Shown piece by piece: positions 9,917 to 23,516 of a stretch of 64,000 nt of DNA. A program made the translations under genes and the position numbers. Where the stretch lies: contig OY729431.1 of NCBI GenBank assembly GCA_963422395.1, positions 2,560,001-2,624,000 on the forward strand, read 5' to 3'. This DNA comes from Vicinamibacteria bacterium (GTDB lineage: Bacteria > Acidobacteriota > Vicinamibacteria > Marinacidobacterales > Marinacidobacteraceae). Every line of letters begins with the position of its first letter. The stretch's first letter is position 1. The notes beneath the pieces were generated by a model. It did no database searches, had not been told where the DNA came from, and worked only from the letters and a program-made list of their open reading frames with translations.

Positions 9917-10340
9917 GCCTCGTTGCTGTTCGGTGCATTCCCGTGGGAATGCACCAGACCCACTCCACCTTGTCCGCGTATCTTTTCCGCTCCCGACGGG
10001 GAGCACTCGGAAAGGCGCCCGCGGTCCGCAGCCGGCAACACGGCTCCCCGCTGGCGGGGAGCTCGTCGAAGATCGGCAGAGCCCGTTGAAGACCGCCTCC
10101 GCGGCTCTTTGCCGGCGAGCCCGCTCCAAGCGGAACCCGTTCCCCTGCGGAGTCTTCAGGCCGACGCCGTTTCTGTCGAAAACCGGTCCCTGGCACCGCC
10201 GCCCGATTGAACGTGCGGTCGAATCTGCTCTGAGCCTGCCGGACCGAATACCGAAACCGCGCGCCGGACGCCTGCCGGACCCCGTGTCAGACGCCCTGCT
10301 CTGACCGCTGACCCGACTGTTCGAGGATGACCGTTCGAGT

Positions 10341-12080
10341 ATGACCATAGAACACGCAGAAACACCCGGATTCGACATCGACCGACTGCGCGACTTCGGA
10401 GTCGAGGCGCAGACCGACGAGGTCAAGGCCCTGGTATCGCTCGGCAAGGAGCGGGGCTATCTGCTTGCCGAAGAGATCCAGGAAGCCTGGGACGACGAGC
10501 CACCCGAGGAGTTCTTCGAAACCCTTTCGGAGTGGGGAATCCAGATCTACGACTCCGAAGCGGACTACGAAAAAGCCAAAGACGCGCAGGGCGCCGCTCT
10601 CGATCTGACTCCGAGCGCCACGGAGCGTACGAACGATCCAGTGCGGATGTACCTCCGCGAAATGGGGGTCGTGCCGCTGCTCGACCGCGAAGGAGAGGTG
10701 CGCATCTCGAAACGCATCGAGCGCGGCAAGAACCGCTCCAAGCGGGCCATCACCCGGCGGCTCTACATCATCGACAAGCTGCTATTCGATTTCCGGCCGC
10801 AGATCGAAAAGGACACGATGCAGCTGCGGGAGCACTTCGAAGTCGCCGAGGGCGGAACGACGATCCGCCACGACCAGCACCGCAAACGCATTCTCGCCGT
10901 CCTGCTAGACCTCGAATCCCAATACAAGCTGTACCGTCGGCGGGTCTCCCTGCTGCGCCAGGTCCCCCGGCGCACGCGGGCGTACCGCCGCCGCGCGCAT
11001 GCGGCGGCGCGGACCCGCATCCGGATGAGTCATGTCATCTGGAACATGCGGCCGACCGACGGACTGCTCAGCCGCTGGATGGACGAGCTGAAGGAACTGA
11101 CCGAGCAGGCGCGCTTCGCGACCCGCGAACTCGACGCCTGCGTCGCGCTGCGAAAGCAGATCGATACCGCCGAGGACAAGACCGCGCTGCGTCGGGAAGT
11201 TCTGCGCCGGCAGCGGGCGGCGCAGCAGACGCTCGACCGCGCGGGCCATGTCATGCCCGAATTCGGCGGCCCGAAGAAGATGAAGCGAGCCTTCCGCGAG
11301 GTCCTGCCCGAGCTCGAAGCGGCGGTGCATGACATAGACCTCGGCGAAGAGCGGGCCCAGCTCGCCAAGTCGGATCTGGTGCAAGCGAACCTCCGACTCG
11401 TGGTCTCGATCGCCAAGAAGTACACGAACCGCGGCCTGCAGTTCCTGGATCTCATCCAGGAGGGCAACATCGGCCTCATGAAGGCGGTGGACAAGTTCGA
11501 GTACCGCCGCGGCTACAAGTTCTCGACCTATGCCACTTGGTGGATCCGCCAGGCGATCACCCGGGCGATCGCCGACCAGGCGCGGACGATCCGGATCCCC
11601 GTCCACATGCACGAGACGATCAACAAACTGCATCGCACCCACCGCAGCCTGGTGCAGGAGCTCGGACGCGAACCCCTGCACGACGAGATCGCCGAACGGA
11701 TGGGGATGCCTTCCTACAAGGTTCGAAAGGTGATGAAGATCGCTCAGGAGCCGATCTCGCTCGAAACGCCGATCGGTGAGGACGACGACGGTCATCTCGG
11801 CGACTTCATCAAGGACCCGAACGCCGTATCCCCGCAGGAAACGGTGATCGCGAAGTGCCGTCAGGAAGCCATCGAGGCAGTGCTGAAGTCGCTCACCCCG
11901 CGCGAGGAAGCGGTGATCGAGAGCCGCTTCGGCCTCAGCGGCAGCCAGGAAAAGACGCTCGAAGAAGTGGGCAAGCAGTTCGATGTGACCCGGGAGCGCA
12001 TCCGGCAGATCGAAACCAAATCCATCCGCAAGTTGCGGCATCCCGCCCGCACCCGGAAACTGCGGCAGTTCTCCGAATGA
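10341..12080 (+). CDS. rpoD: RNA polymerase primary sigma factor
   Basis: [11 protein letters not shown] (1.2), [72 protein letters not shown]. Confidence 0.98.
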   Translation: MTIEHAETPGFDIDRLRDFGVEAQTDEVKALVSLGKERGYLLAEEIQEAWDDEPPEEFFETLSEWGIQIYDSEADYEKAKDAQGAALDLTPSATERTNDPVRMYLREMGVVPLLDREGEVRISKRIERGKNRSKRAITRRLYIIDKLLFDFRPQIEKDTMQLREHFEVAEGGTTIRHDQHRKRILAVLLDLESQYKLYRRRVSLLRQVPRRTRAYRRRAHAAARTRIRMSHVIWNMRPTDGLLSRWMDELKELTEQARFATRELDACVALRKQIDTAEDKTALRREVLRRQRAAQQTLDRAGHVMPEFGGPKKMKRAFREVLPELEAAVHDIDLGEERAQLAKSDLVQANLRLVVSIAKKYTNRGLQFLDLIQEGNIGLMKAVDKFEYRRGYKFSTYATWWIRQAITRAIADQARTIRIPVHMHETINKLHRTHRSLVQELGREPLHDEIAERMGMPSYKVRKVMKIAQEPISLETPIGEDDDGHLGDFIKDPNAVSPQETVIAKCRQEAIEAVLKSLTPREEAVIESRFGLSGSQEKTLEEVGKQFDVTRERIRQIETKSIRKLRHPARTRKLRQFSE

Positions 12081-12103
12081 GCGGGCCGTGCGCGGCGGCG
12101 GCC

Positions 12104-12176
12104 GGGCCCATAGCTCAGTGGTCAGAGCGGCCGGCTCATAACCGGTTGGTCCCAGGTTCGAGTCCTGGTGGGCCCA
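12104..12176 (+). tRNA. tRNA with CAT anticodon, most likely tRNA-Ile2 (lysidine-modified); CCA not encoded
   Basis: Acceptor GGGCCCA/TGGGCCC, D arm TAGCTCAGTGGTCAGAGC, anticodon arm CCGG-CTCATAA-CCGG, T loop GGTTCGAGTCC. G1-C72 is paired, so not an initiator. Position downstream of rpoD resembles ileX. Confidence 0.92.
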
Positions 12177-12260
12177 CCCGGATTCGCTCCCTCCGAAACG
12201 AGGAATGCGGCCGCTCCCGCCGCCGCCGCGCTGCCGCAGCCGGAGCCAGGGGCTGAGGCC

Positions 12261-12986
12261 ATGCTCCCCGAGCTGCAAACGCTCCGGGGGATACAGAGCC
12301 TCGACATGCAGATCGCCGGGTGTGACCAGGCACTCTCCCGGGTCCCCGCAGAGATCGCGGAGATCGACCGCGAGATCGAGGCGGTGCGCGCGCGCTGGAC
12401 CGCCGCCGAGGACGCGCGGGCCGAAGCCAGCGCGAATCGAAGGCGCGCAGAAGGAGAGCTCGAAGACGCCGAAGCCGCGGTCTCCAAGTACAGCGATCAG
12501 CTGCTCGGAGCGCGCAGCAATGTCGAATACAGCGGGCTGCAGCAGCAGATCGCCTCCACGAAGAAGAGGATCGGAGACCTCGAAGAGCAGATCCTCGGCC
12601 TTCTGGACGACGGAGACCGGCTCGAAGAACGGGCGGCAGCGCAGAAACGCGAGTTCGAACAGAGCCGCGCCGCACTCGAGACGCGAAAGGACGGCGTTCG
12701 GACCGAAGCCCGGGAGCAGGAGCGAAGGCGGAAGACGCTCCGAAGCGACCGCGAGGCCCGGAGTTCCGGTCTTTCTCCGGAACTCTCCGCCCGCTACGAG
12801 CGGATTCGGCAGGCGCGGCACGGTCTGGCGATAGCTCGCGCCCAGGGCGAGCGCTGCGGCGCCTGCAATGTGCGGCTCCGACCCCAGCTGTTCGAGGAAG
12901 TCCGGACCGGGGAAGCGATCCTCAACTGCGAATCCTGCAGCCGCATCCTGTTCTTCGAGCCGGAACCCGCCGCTTCCCCCGCATGA
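12261..12986 (+). CDS. Coiled-coil protein with C-terminal C4 zinc ribbon (DUF164, CT398/HP0958-like)
   Basis: LQSLD N-terminus, long heptad region, YERIR, CGACNVRL...CESCSRIL. Confidence 0.9.
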   Translation: MLPELQTLRGIQSLDMQIAGCDQALSRVPAEIAEIDREIEAVRARWTAAEDARAEASANRRRAEGELEDAEAAVSKYSDQLLGARSNVEYSGLQQQIASTKKRIGDLEEQILGLLDDGDRLEERAAAQKREFEQSRAALETRKDGVRTEAREQERRRKTLRSDREARSSGLSPELSARYERIRQARHGLAIARAQGERCGACNVRLRPQLFEEVRTGEAILNCESCSRILFFEPEPAASPA

Positions 12987-14671
12987 GCCGGTTCCTCGCG
13001 GAGCGGGCGGCGAGGCGGCTCGCCGGTGAAGTGCGGCTCGACCCGGAGGGTGCGACCCCGAAAACCCCGGCGGGAGGTCGCGGCAGGGCAGGGCTTCGAG
13101 TCGCGGTGGGCTACCCGAACCGCTACGCGCTCGGGATGTCCAATGTGGGTTTCCAGGCGGTGCACCGCTTCTTCGATCTCCTGCCCGACGCGGTGAGCGA
13201 GCGGTTCTTCCTGCCCGACCGGATGGAGTACGCCGAGTACCGCCGCACCGGATTGCCACTCCGAACGCTCGAGAGCGGGCGCCCGGTGCGCAGCTTCGAG
13301 GTGGTGGCGTTCTCGATCACCTTCGAGCCCGACGCGGTACGGCTCGTCGAGATGCTGGAGCTCGCCGGGATCCCTCCGCTCGCGGAAGACCGCAGCGCGG
13401 GCGATCCGCTGGTGCTCGTCGGCGGGCCGGTAGCCTTCCTGAACCCCGAACCGATCGCCCCCTTCGTGGACGCTTTCGGGGTGGGCGAAGCGGAAGCGCT
13501 GCTCCCCGCGCTCCTCGAACGCCTGCGGGCGGAAACGCGGGCAGAACGGCTCGCCGGACTCGCGGAAGAAGCCGGGTTCTATGTGCCGGCGAACCACGCC
13601 GTGGAGTACCGCCCCGACGGACGGATCCGGCGGCGGACGGTGCGCGGCGCGCCCCGGGTGGTGCGGGCGCGGATGGGCAAGGACTCGCGGTTTCCACCGC
13701 CGGCCACCTTCCTGTTGACCCGCGACACCGAGATGTCGGGGAAGTTCCTCGTCGAAGTGTCCCGCGGCTGTCCGACGCTCTGCCGGTTCTGCTGGGCCGG
13801 CTACAACTACCTGCCCAAGCGGTCCTTCGAGGTGGAGCGGCTCTTGGCGCTGGCCCGCGCCGCGCGCCGGCACACCGACCGCATCGGGCTCGTCTCCACC
13901 GCAGTGGGGGCGCACCGCGAGATCGTGCCGCTCGTCACCCAGCTGCGCGACGACGGCTATCGAGTGAGCGTCTCTTCGATCCGGTTCGAGGATGTACGGG
14001 ACGAGTTCGCCCGCCCGCTCGCCGAGAGCGGGGAGCGAACCGTCGCCATCGCCCCCGAAACGGGCACCGACCGGCTGCGGCTCTCGATCCACAAACGGGT
14101 CCGGAACGACGAGATCCTGGACAAGGTCGGGGTCCTGCTGGACGCGGGCGTCGAGAACCTGAAGCTGTATCTGATGGTGGGCCTCCCCGGAGAGACCGAG
14201 GAGGATGTGGCGGGCATCGCGCAGCTCACCCGGAGGATCCGGGACCATGTGCGCGCCCGCCGCCGCCGCGGCCGGACGATCGCCAGCGTCAACCCGTTCC
14301 TCCCGAAACCCGGAACCCCCTTCCAGTGGCGTCCGATGGCGCCGCTGCCCCTGCTCACCGCCCGGATGCGCTTCTTGCAGCGCGAGCTCGGCGCCCTCTC
14401 AGGGGTTGAGGCTCACTGCAAGTCGCCCCGGATGGAACGGCTCCAAGCGCTCCTCTCCGCCGGCGACCGGCGCCTGGCCCCGGTCCTCCTCGACCTCGCC
14501 GCCGGGCGCGGCCTCCACCGCAGCCTGAAGGCCGCCGGGCTATCGCTCGACTTCTACCTCTACCGGCAGCGGGGCCTCGACGAGGAACTCCCCTGGAGCT
14601 TCCTCGAAACCGGCATGAAGGACAGCCTGCTCAAGGACCAGCTCGAAAAGGCCGACCGCCTCCTCGCCTGA
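12983..14671 (+). CDS. Radical SAM protein with N-terminal B12-binding-like domain (TIGR03960-like)
   Basis: YPNRYALGMSNVG, EVSRGCPTLCRFC (CxxxCxxC), APETGTDRLR, KLYLMVGLPGET, FLPKPGTPFQW. Confidence 0.88.
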   Translation: MSRFLAERAARRLAGEVRLDPEGATPKTPAGGRGRAGLRVAVGYPNRYALGMSNVGFQAVHRFFDLLPDAVSERFFLPDRMEYAEYRRTGLPLRTLESGRPVRSFEVVAFSITFEPDAVRLVEMLELAGIPPLAEDRSAGDPLVLVGGPVAFLNPEPIAPFVDAFGVGEAEALLPALLERLRAETRAERLAGLAEEAGFYVPANHAVEYRPDGRIRRRTVRGAPRVVRARMGKDSRFPPPATFLLTRDTEMSGKFLVEVSRGCPTLCRFCWAGYNYLPKRSFEVERLLALARAARRHTDRIGLVSTAVGAHREIVPLVTQLRDDGYRVSVSSIRFEDVRDEFARPLAESGERTVAIAPETGTDRLRLSIHKRVRNDEILDKVGVLLDAGVENLKLYLMVGLPGETEEDVAGIAQLTRRIRDHVRARRRRGRTIASVNPFLPKPGTPFQWRPMAPLPLLTARMRFLQRELGALSGVEAHCKSPRMERLQALLSAGDRRLAPVLLDLAAGRGLHRSLKAAGLSLDFYLYRQRGLDEELPWSFLETGMKDSLLKDQLEKADRLLA

Positions 14672-15130
14672 CTACGCGAAGCGACTGACGGGGCGAAGCG
14701 CCCCAGCCCCCTTCAGGCCGAATCGGGCAGATCCACCTCTTCGTCCCCGCACCGGATGAGGTCGTGAGCGCCCGACGGCACCCGAGCCGAAGGAGGGAAT
14801 CGCCCGCCCCCGGAGCGCCGCTTCCCATCTCGGCAACATCATCGTCGTCCGACGATCTCCAGCCCCGCCGGCGGGGCAGCATCGGGAGCAGCGAGCGCAT
14901 CGAGCCGCTCGACGAGGCGCCAGACTTCCGTCGCCGAGCGGCTCCCGGTTTCGGCGGCGGGCCGCTTCGCACGGAGCGCGGCCTGCTTACGCCGGCACAG
15001 CTCGCAACAGTCCTGCCAGCTCGAGGCAAAATTTCGACCCTTTGGCCCCCTTCGATTACCAAGCTTTCGATCTCGGCGGCGAGGTCCGCGATCCAGGACC
15101 GTTCGTCTTCGAACAGCAAATGTTCGGGGT

Positions 15131-18100
15131 TCAGCAGCTCTCGGGCTTCGGGGGGAGGACCTCCATCCAGCAGACGACTCCGACATCGGCCTCGCTGATC
15201 GGTTCGAGGGGCGCCGGCGGGTCAGTCGCATCCGACGACGAGTCCCGCAGCGGGCGGAGGCCCTCGCCGCGGACCAGGGCGACGATCGCAGACGCTGCCT
15301 CGGAGGGAGCGATCTCCTCGCTCGTGCGGCGGCGGCGGATCTCGCCCAGCTCCCGGCGCACGATGCTTCCCCGTCCCACCGCGAGCGCCTCGGCGGCGGC
15401 CGGCCCCCCCGGGCCCAGCGGGATGTCCGGGTCGCGGAGGAGCCCGAGCGCCCACGACTGGTTCGGACCGAGCGACTCGGGTTCGCCCGCGGCGTCGGCC
15501 TCGGCCCGCCGGTTGTGTTCTTCGACGATGGAGCGGACGGCGACGCGCCAAGCGGCCTCGAGGTCTCCTGCCGGCGCGGATAGCCCGGGAGCGTCCCCCG
15601 GCTGGATCCGTCGCAGGATGGCGGCGTCGGGCTCGGGGCCGGTTTCGCCGTTTCGCTTCACGAAGCGCCAGTAGCGTTCGCTGGGGGAGCCGTCCCTTTT
15701 CCGGGTCCGGCAGGCGAAGAAGACTCCCGGCTCGCCCGACGCGGGCACGCCGGAGCCTTGCCGAAAGACCGCGCCGGTTCCCCAGCGCATAGCCCGGAGA
15801 TCGGCCGCCCCCTCCTCGTGGATCCAGCGCGCGAGCGCAGCGCGCAGCCCCTCGCCGCTGAACGCCTGTCCGGCTTCCACCACCCGCGTCTCGTCGAGCA
15901 AGGTGGAGTCGCCGCCGGCGAGCCGGTCGGCGAAAGCCCGTACCGCCGAGAGTTCTCCCTCCATCACCTCGACCTCCATCCCGTACACCCCGGCCGAGGC
16001 GATCTTGCGGCGGATGGTCGTTTCCAGCCGGAGGATCGCGTCGAGGCTGCCGGATTCGGGAAGCATGGTGGTCAGATACACTCGCCGGTGCTCGCTCATC
16101 AGCCGGATGACCCGTCCGAAGCGCTGGACCACCCGCTGCGGGTTCCAGGGCATGTCGTAGCTGATGACCGCCGCCGCCTGCTGCAGGTTCTGCCCCTCGG
16201 AGAGGACATCGTTGGTGAGCAGCAGGTCCACTTCTCCCTCTTCCGGAACATGGTCGGGAGCGATGACCGTCTTCGGGCAGAAACGGCCCAGGAGTCGCGT
16301 CCGCTGGTCGGGATCGGTCTCCGCGCCGATCACGGTGACCCGCCGGCACCCGGCGATCTCCTCCGGCAGCTGTTCGTCGAGATAGCGGATGGTGTCGGCG
16401 AAGGCGGAGAAGACGACGATCTTCTGCGACCGGGACTCCTCCCGGGACTTCTCGACGAGACGCGCCAGCAGTCCCATCTTGGGATCGTCGGCGGGGCTCG
16501 GCTGCGACAGCCGGCCGAAAATGCCGCGGAGCGTGTCGCGGTCCCGGCGAACATCCCGTTCGTAGGCCGGGTCGAACTCTCCGACCGGGGTCCGCTGATC
16601 CTCGGGAAGCGCTTCGAGGACCGACTCCGCGAGTCCCGCTCCCTCGATCTCCTTCGCCGCCGCCTCCGAGAGCGCCTCGCCGCCCGGTACATATCCTTCT
16701 TCCCAGGCGGCGAGGAAGACTTCGTGCGCGGTCAGGATCCGCTCCACGGTGAGCCGGCAGGCTGCGAAGCACGACTCGAAACGTTTGAGGATTCCCGAGC
16801 GCAGCAGGCCGGCGAGCGCCGCTTCATTCGCCGACTCCCCGCCGACGAGCCGGTAGGCACTCGGGCGGTAGCGGGCCATGGTCAGTTGCTCGATCGCGCC
16901 CGTGATGGCCGCGACCAGGCCGGGATAGGCCGCGTCGAGGTCGTAGCGCTCGGTTGCGAGTTCCGGCTTCGGGAAGCGGACCGGCGTCCCGTCGGGGAAA
17001 ACCGCGCCCGGGTAGTGCTCTTCGATGAAACGCCGGTCGCGGCGAACGCTCACCAGGTCGGCGAGCGGGAACAGGATGTCCGGGTCCAGGCTCTCGGGAT
17101 CACGCGCGTTCGCGCCGGCATCCAGGAAGAGCCGGCGCAGCGAACGGATGCGGTGCCCGGCGAAAGCGCGGTCGTGGCGGGCGAAGGCCATCACCTGGTG
17201 GTAGAGATCCCAGAGGCCGTTGTTGATCGGGGTGGCGGTCAGCAGCACCAGGTCCTTCGGCTCGCCCCCCAAGAGCCGCGACAGCGCCCGATACCAGCTG
17301 GTGCCCGGATTGCGGAAGGCGTGGCCTTCGTCAGCCACCACCAACCGGTAGGCCTCCTTGTCGTTGTGGAGGTGCTGGCCGCGGTGCGCGGTATCCGCCG
17401 GCGACAGCTGCCGGTCGGTGGCGAGGCTTCGATAGCTCACCACCTGGGCCGGCAGGCCTGCCCGGTCGATCCGCTCCTGCCAGTAGCGAACGAGCTGGGC
17501 CGGGGCGATGACCAGCGCCTGCTGCCCGCGATGGAGCGCGTATTCCTCGATGAAGGCGAGGCCGATCTCGGTCTTGCCGCTGCCCACTCCGTCGGCGTAG
17601 ATCACGCCGTGGTGCTTCCGAACGATGCGGAGCGCCCGTTGGTATCCCTCTCGCTGGAAGTCGGCGAGCGTCACCCTCGGAGGCAGCCCCTCTTCCCCTT
17701 CTCCTCCGGAAGCGGCAGCGAACCTGGGGTCTTCGCCGAAGAGCTCGAGGAGCGCCCGCAGGAACACCCGCTCGGGATCGGCGAGCTCGAGAGCGGTGGA
17801 GAACAGGCGGTCGGCGAGTTCGGCCTCGAAATCGGACGCGCCCTCCCACAGCGCCTCGAACCAGCGAAGCGCCGCCTCGCTGGCGCGCGGCTGGTAGTTC
17901 ACCAGGCCGAGCTCGAGGTTTCGGGAGAGGCCGGCGGCGGTCAGGTTCGCCGAGGTGACGAGCGCGGCGCGGGCGTCGGACTCGCTCCCGAACAGGTACG
18001 CCTTCCCGTGGAGGAAACGCTCCCGATAGCGGCGGACTTCGACCTCGGGCCGGGCGAGCCAGCGCTCGACCGCTTCGAGCTCTCGGGCGGCGCGGCTGGG

Positions 18101-18415
18101 CGGGAAGGCGGCGAAGTTCCGGTCGCCGGATAGCCCGGCGAGCATCGCCTCGAAGGCGTCGTTCCCGGCAGGATCGAAGCTGCCGGAGTCGAGGCTGCCG
18201 GCGGCGGTGGGTGGAGGCGCGGCGCCGAGCAGCAGCCGAACCGCCCGCCCGCCGCTGCTCACCGATGCGAGGCAGTGGAGGCCGGCGAGGTTCAGATAGC
18301 CGGTGGCGACCGAGAGCCGGTGTTCCGCCGAAAGGTCGGCGGCCAGGGCAGCGAGGGCAGCAGCGTGGGTGGCTGCCTCGCTCCGGTTGTCGAGGAGCTC
18401 CGGGCGGGCTGCCAT
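15131..18415 (-). CDS. PLD-family nuclease fused to SNF2-type SF2 helicase/translocase (restriction-like effector)
   Basis: VATGY, FLHGKAYL...TSANLT (PLD HxK motif), Walker A ADGVGSGKT, DEGH, LTATPINN, IVVFS, LSEGQNLQ, YDMPWNPQRVVQRFGRVIR. Confidence 0.92.
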   Translation of the reverse strand: MAARPELLDNRSEAATHAAALAALAADLSAEHRLSVATGYLNLAGLHCLASVSSGGRAVRLLLGAAPPPTAAGSLDSGSFDPAGNDAFEAMLAGLSGDRNFAAFPPSRAARELEAVERWLARPEVEVRRYRERFLHGKAYLFGSESDARAALVTSANLTAAGLSRNLELGLVNYQPRASEAALRWFEALWEGASDFEAELADRLFSTALELADPERVFLRALLELFGEDPRFAAASGGEGEEGLPPRVTLADFQREGYQRALRIVRKHHGVIYADGVGSGKTEIGLAFIEEYALHRGQQALVIAPAQLVRYWQERIDRAGLPAQVVSYRSLATDRQLSPADTAHRGQHLHNDKEAYRLVVADEGHAFRNPGTSWYRALSRLLGGEPKDLVLLTATPINNGLWDLYHQVMAFARHDRAFAGHRIRSLRRLFLDAGANARDPESLDPDILFPLADLVSVRRDRRFIEEHYPGAVFPDGTPVRFPKPELATERYDLDAAYPGLVAAITGAIEQLTMARYRPSAYRLVGGESANEAALAGLLRSGILKRFESCFAACRLTVERILTAHEVFLAAWEEGYVPGGEALSEAAAKEIEGAGLAESVLEALPEDQRTPVGEFDPAYERDVRRDRDTLRGIFGRLSQPSPADDPKMGLLARLVEKSREESRSQKIVVFSAFADTIRYLDEQLPEEIAGCRRVTVIGAETDPDQRTRLLGRFCPKTVIAPDHVPEEGEVDLLLTNDVLSEGQNLQQAAAVISYDMPWNPQRVVQRFGRVIRLMSEHRRVYLTTMLPESGSLDAILRLETTIRRKIASAGVYGMEVEVMEGELSAVRAFADRLAGGDSTLLDETRVVEAGQAFSGEGLRAALARWIHEEGAADLRAMRWGTGAVFRQGSGVPASGEPGVFFACRTRKRDGSPSERYWRFVKRNGETGPEPDAAILRRIQPGDAPGLSAPAGDLEAAWRVAVRSIVEEHNRRAEADAAGEPESLGPNQSWALGLLRDPDIPLGPGGPAAAEALAVGRGSIVRRELGEIRRRRTSEEIAPSEAASAIVALVRGEGLRPLRDSSSDATDPPAPLEPISEADVGVVCWMEVLPPKPESC

Positions 18416-18416
18416 C

Positions 18417-22530
<4,114 letters not shown>

Positions 22531-22623
22531 GGAAATCCGGACCTGCGGCCCCGGGCGTGGCATCCTAAGCGACCACCAGGTCAGAACCCGATACCCGGAC
22601 AGCGCCGCTCCGATTCGGGATTC

Positions 22624-22689
22624 AAGATAGTTCTATCTTTATACGGATATATCGATTTTCTTCTTTGTAATCCAAAATAGTTCTATCTT
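22624..22689. promoter_or_regulatory. Two copies of a palindromic operator-like site in an AT-rich divergent intergenic region
   Basis: AAGATAG-TT-CTATCTT at 22624-22639 (perfect 7-2-7 inverted repeat) and AAAATAG-TT-CTATCTT at 22674-22689, 50 bp apart. Confidence 0.8.
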
Positions 22690-22697
22690 GCCGCTCG

Positions 22698-23516
22698 ATG
22701 CCCGCAATCCTTCGCCTCGACGAACTCCCAGATCAGCTCTCGGAGGAGGAATTCCGAGATCTTTTCGGTTTCGTCGAGCACGAAACGCTCGATTTCAAGC
22801 GGGGGGTTCCGCCGACCCGGCGCGGTTCCTCCCGGGAGCCGGGTACAGCTCGTCCGCAGAACGGGGATCGGGCCGGGGCCTTCGACCGACCGGGAAGCCG
22901 CAATCGCCGGATCATGCGGGTGCTCAAGACGATGGGGCTCGTCGAGGAGTACGGAGAAGGGGTGGACCGGATGATCGAGGCCATGGAAGCCCGGCTGATG
23001 GAGCCGCCGCTCTTCGCCGCGACCTCGAGTTCAGTGACCGTCACCCTGCGAAACCGCTTCCGGGTCGGGGTGGAAGACCAGGTGTGGCTCTCCCTCCTGG
23101 GCCGGCAGGACCTGACAGTGGCCGAGCGCCGCATCTTGGCGACGGTCCACCGAGAGCAGAGTGTGACGCCGCGGCGGCTGCGCACCCTTCTTCCCGAGTA
23201 CGACCTGAAAAGCACTCTGCGCAGCGCCGTCGCCAAGGGCCTGCTGGTTCGGCTGGGCGAGCGGGGCGGCTCCCGCTACGAACTCTCGGACGAAATGGTC
23301 CTCCGGGCCGGCAGTCGGGGCATCGAGGCCCAGAGCCGGAGGCGCCAGCGACTGCTCGACGAGATGGACTCCCGAGGAAGTCTTTCGAGTGTGGAAGGCG
23401 CTGCACTCCTCGAAGAGAGCGTGCCGGAGGTGCGGCAGCTGCTGCAAGACCTCATGCGGGCCGGTCTGGTGCGCTCGACCGGCCGCACCCGCGGGACCCG
23501 CTACTTCCGGACCTGA
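22698..23516 (+). CDS. Internally deleted AlbA_2(Schlafen-like)/RecG-C (HATPase_c_4) protein retaining two C-terminal winged-HTH domains; probable regulator
   Basis: EHETLDFKRG (start of AlbA_2), about 30 unrelated residues, then SRNRRIMRVLKTMGLVEEYGEGVDRM (end of HATPase_c_4), then two wHTH wings GLLVRLGERGGSRY and GLVRSTGRTRGTRY. Confidence 0.75.
   Translation: MPAILRLDELPDQLSEEEFRDLFGFVEHETLDFKRGVPPTRRGSSREPGTARPQNGDRAGAFDRPGSRNRRIMRVLKTMGLVEEYGEGVDRMIEAMEARLMEPPLFAATSSSVTVTLRNRFRVGVEDQVWLSLLGRQDLTVAERRILATVHREQSVTPRRLRTLLPEYDLKSTLRSAVAKGLLVRLGERGGSRYELSDEMVLRAGSRGIEAQSRRRQRLLDEMDSRGSLSSVEGAALLEESVPEVRQLLQDLMRAGLVRSTGRTRGTRYFRT

Noticed and set aside
12104-12176. Calling the tRNA Met or fMet, or an integration site for the defence island
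   Set aside because: It lacks the initiator C1:A72 mismatch and GGG/CCC anticodon stem. I found no duplicated tRNA 3' end and no integrase in the window.
14672-15130. Possible third gene or frameshifted remnant downstream of the helicase (LLFEDERSWIADLAAEIESLVIEGG, then WQDCCELCRRK in another frame)
   Set aside because: Protein-like in patches but no recognisable family, good start or RBS; cannot be supported without a search.
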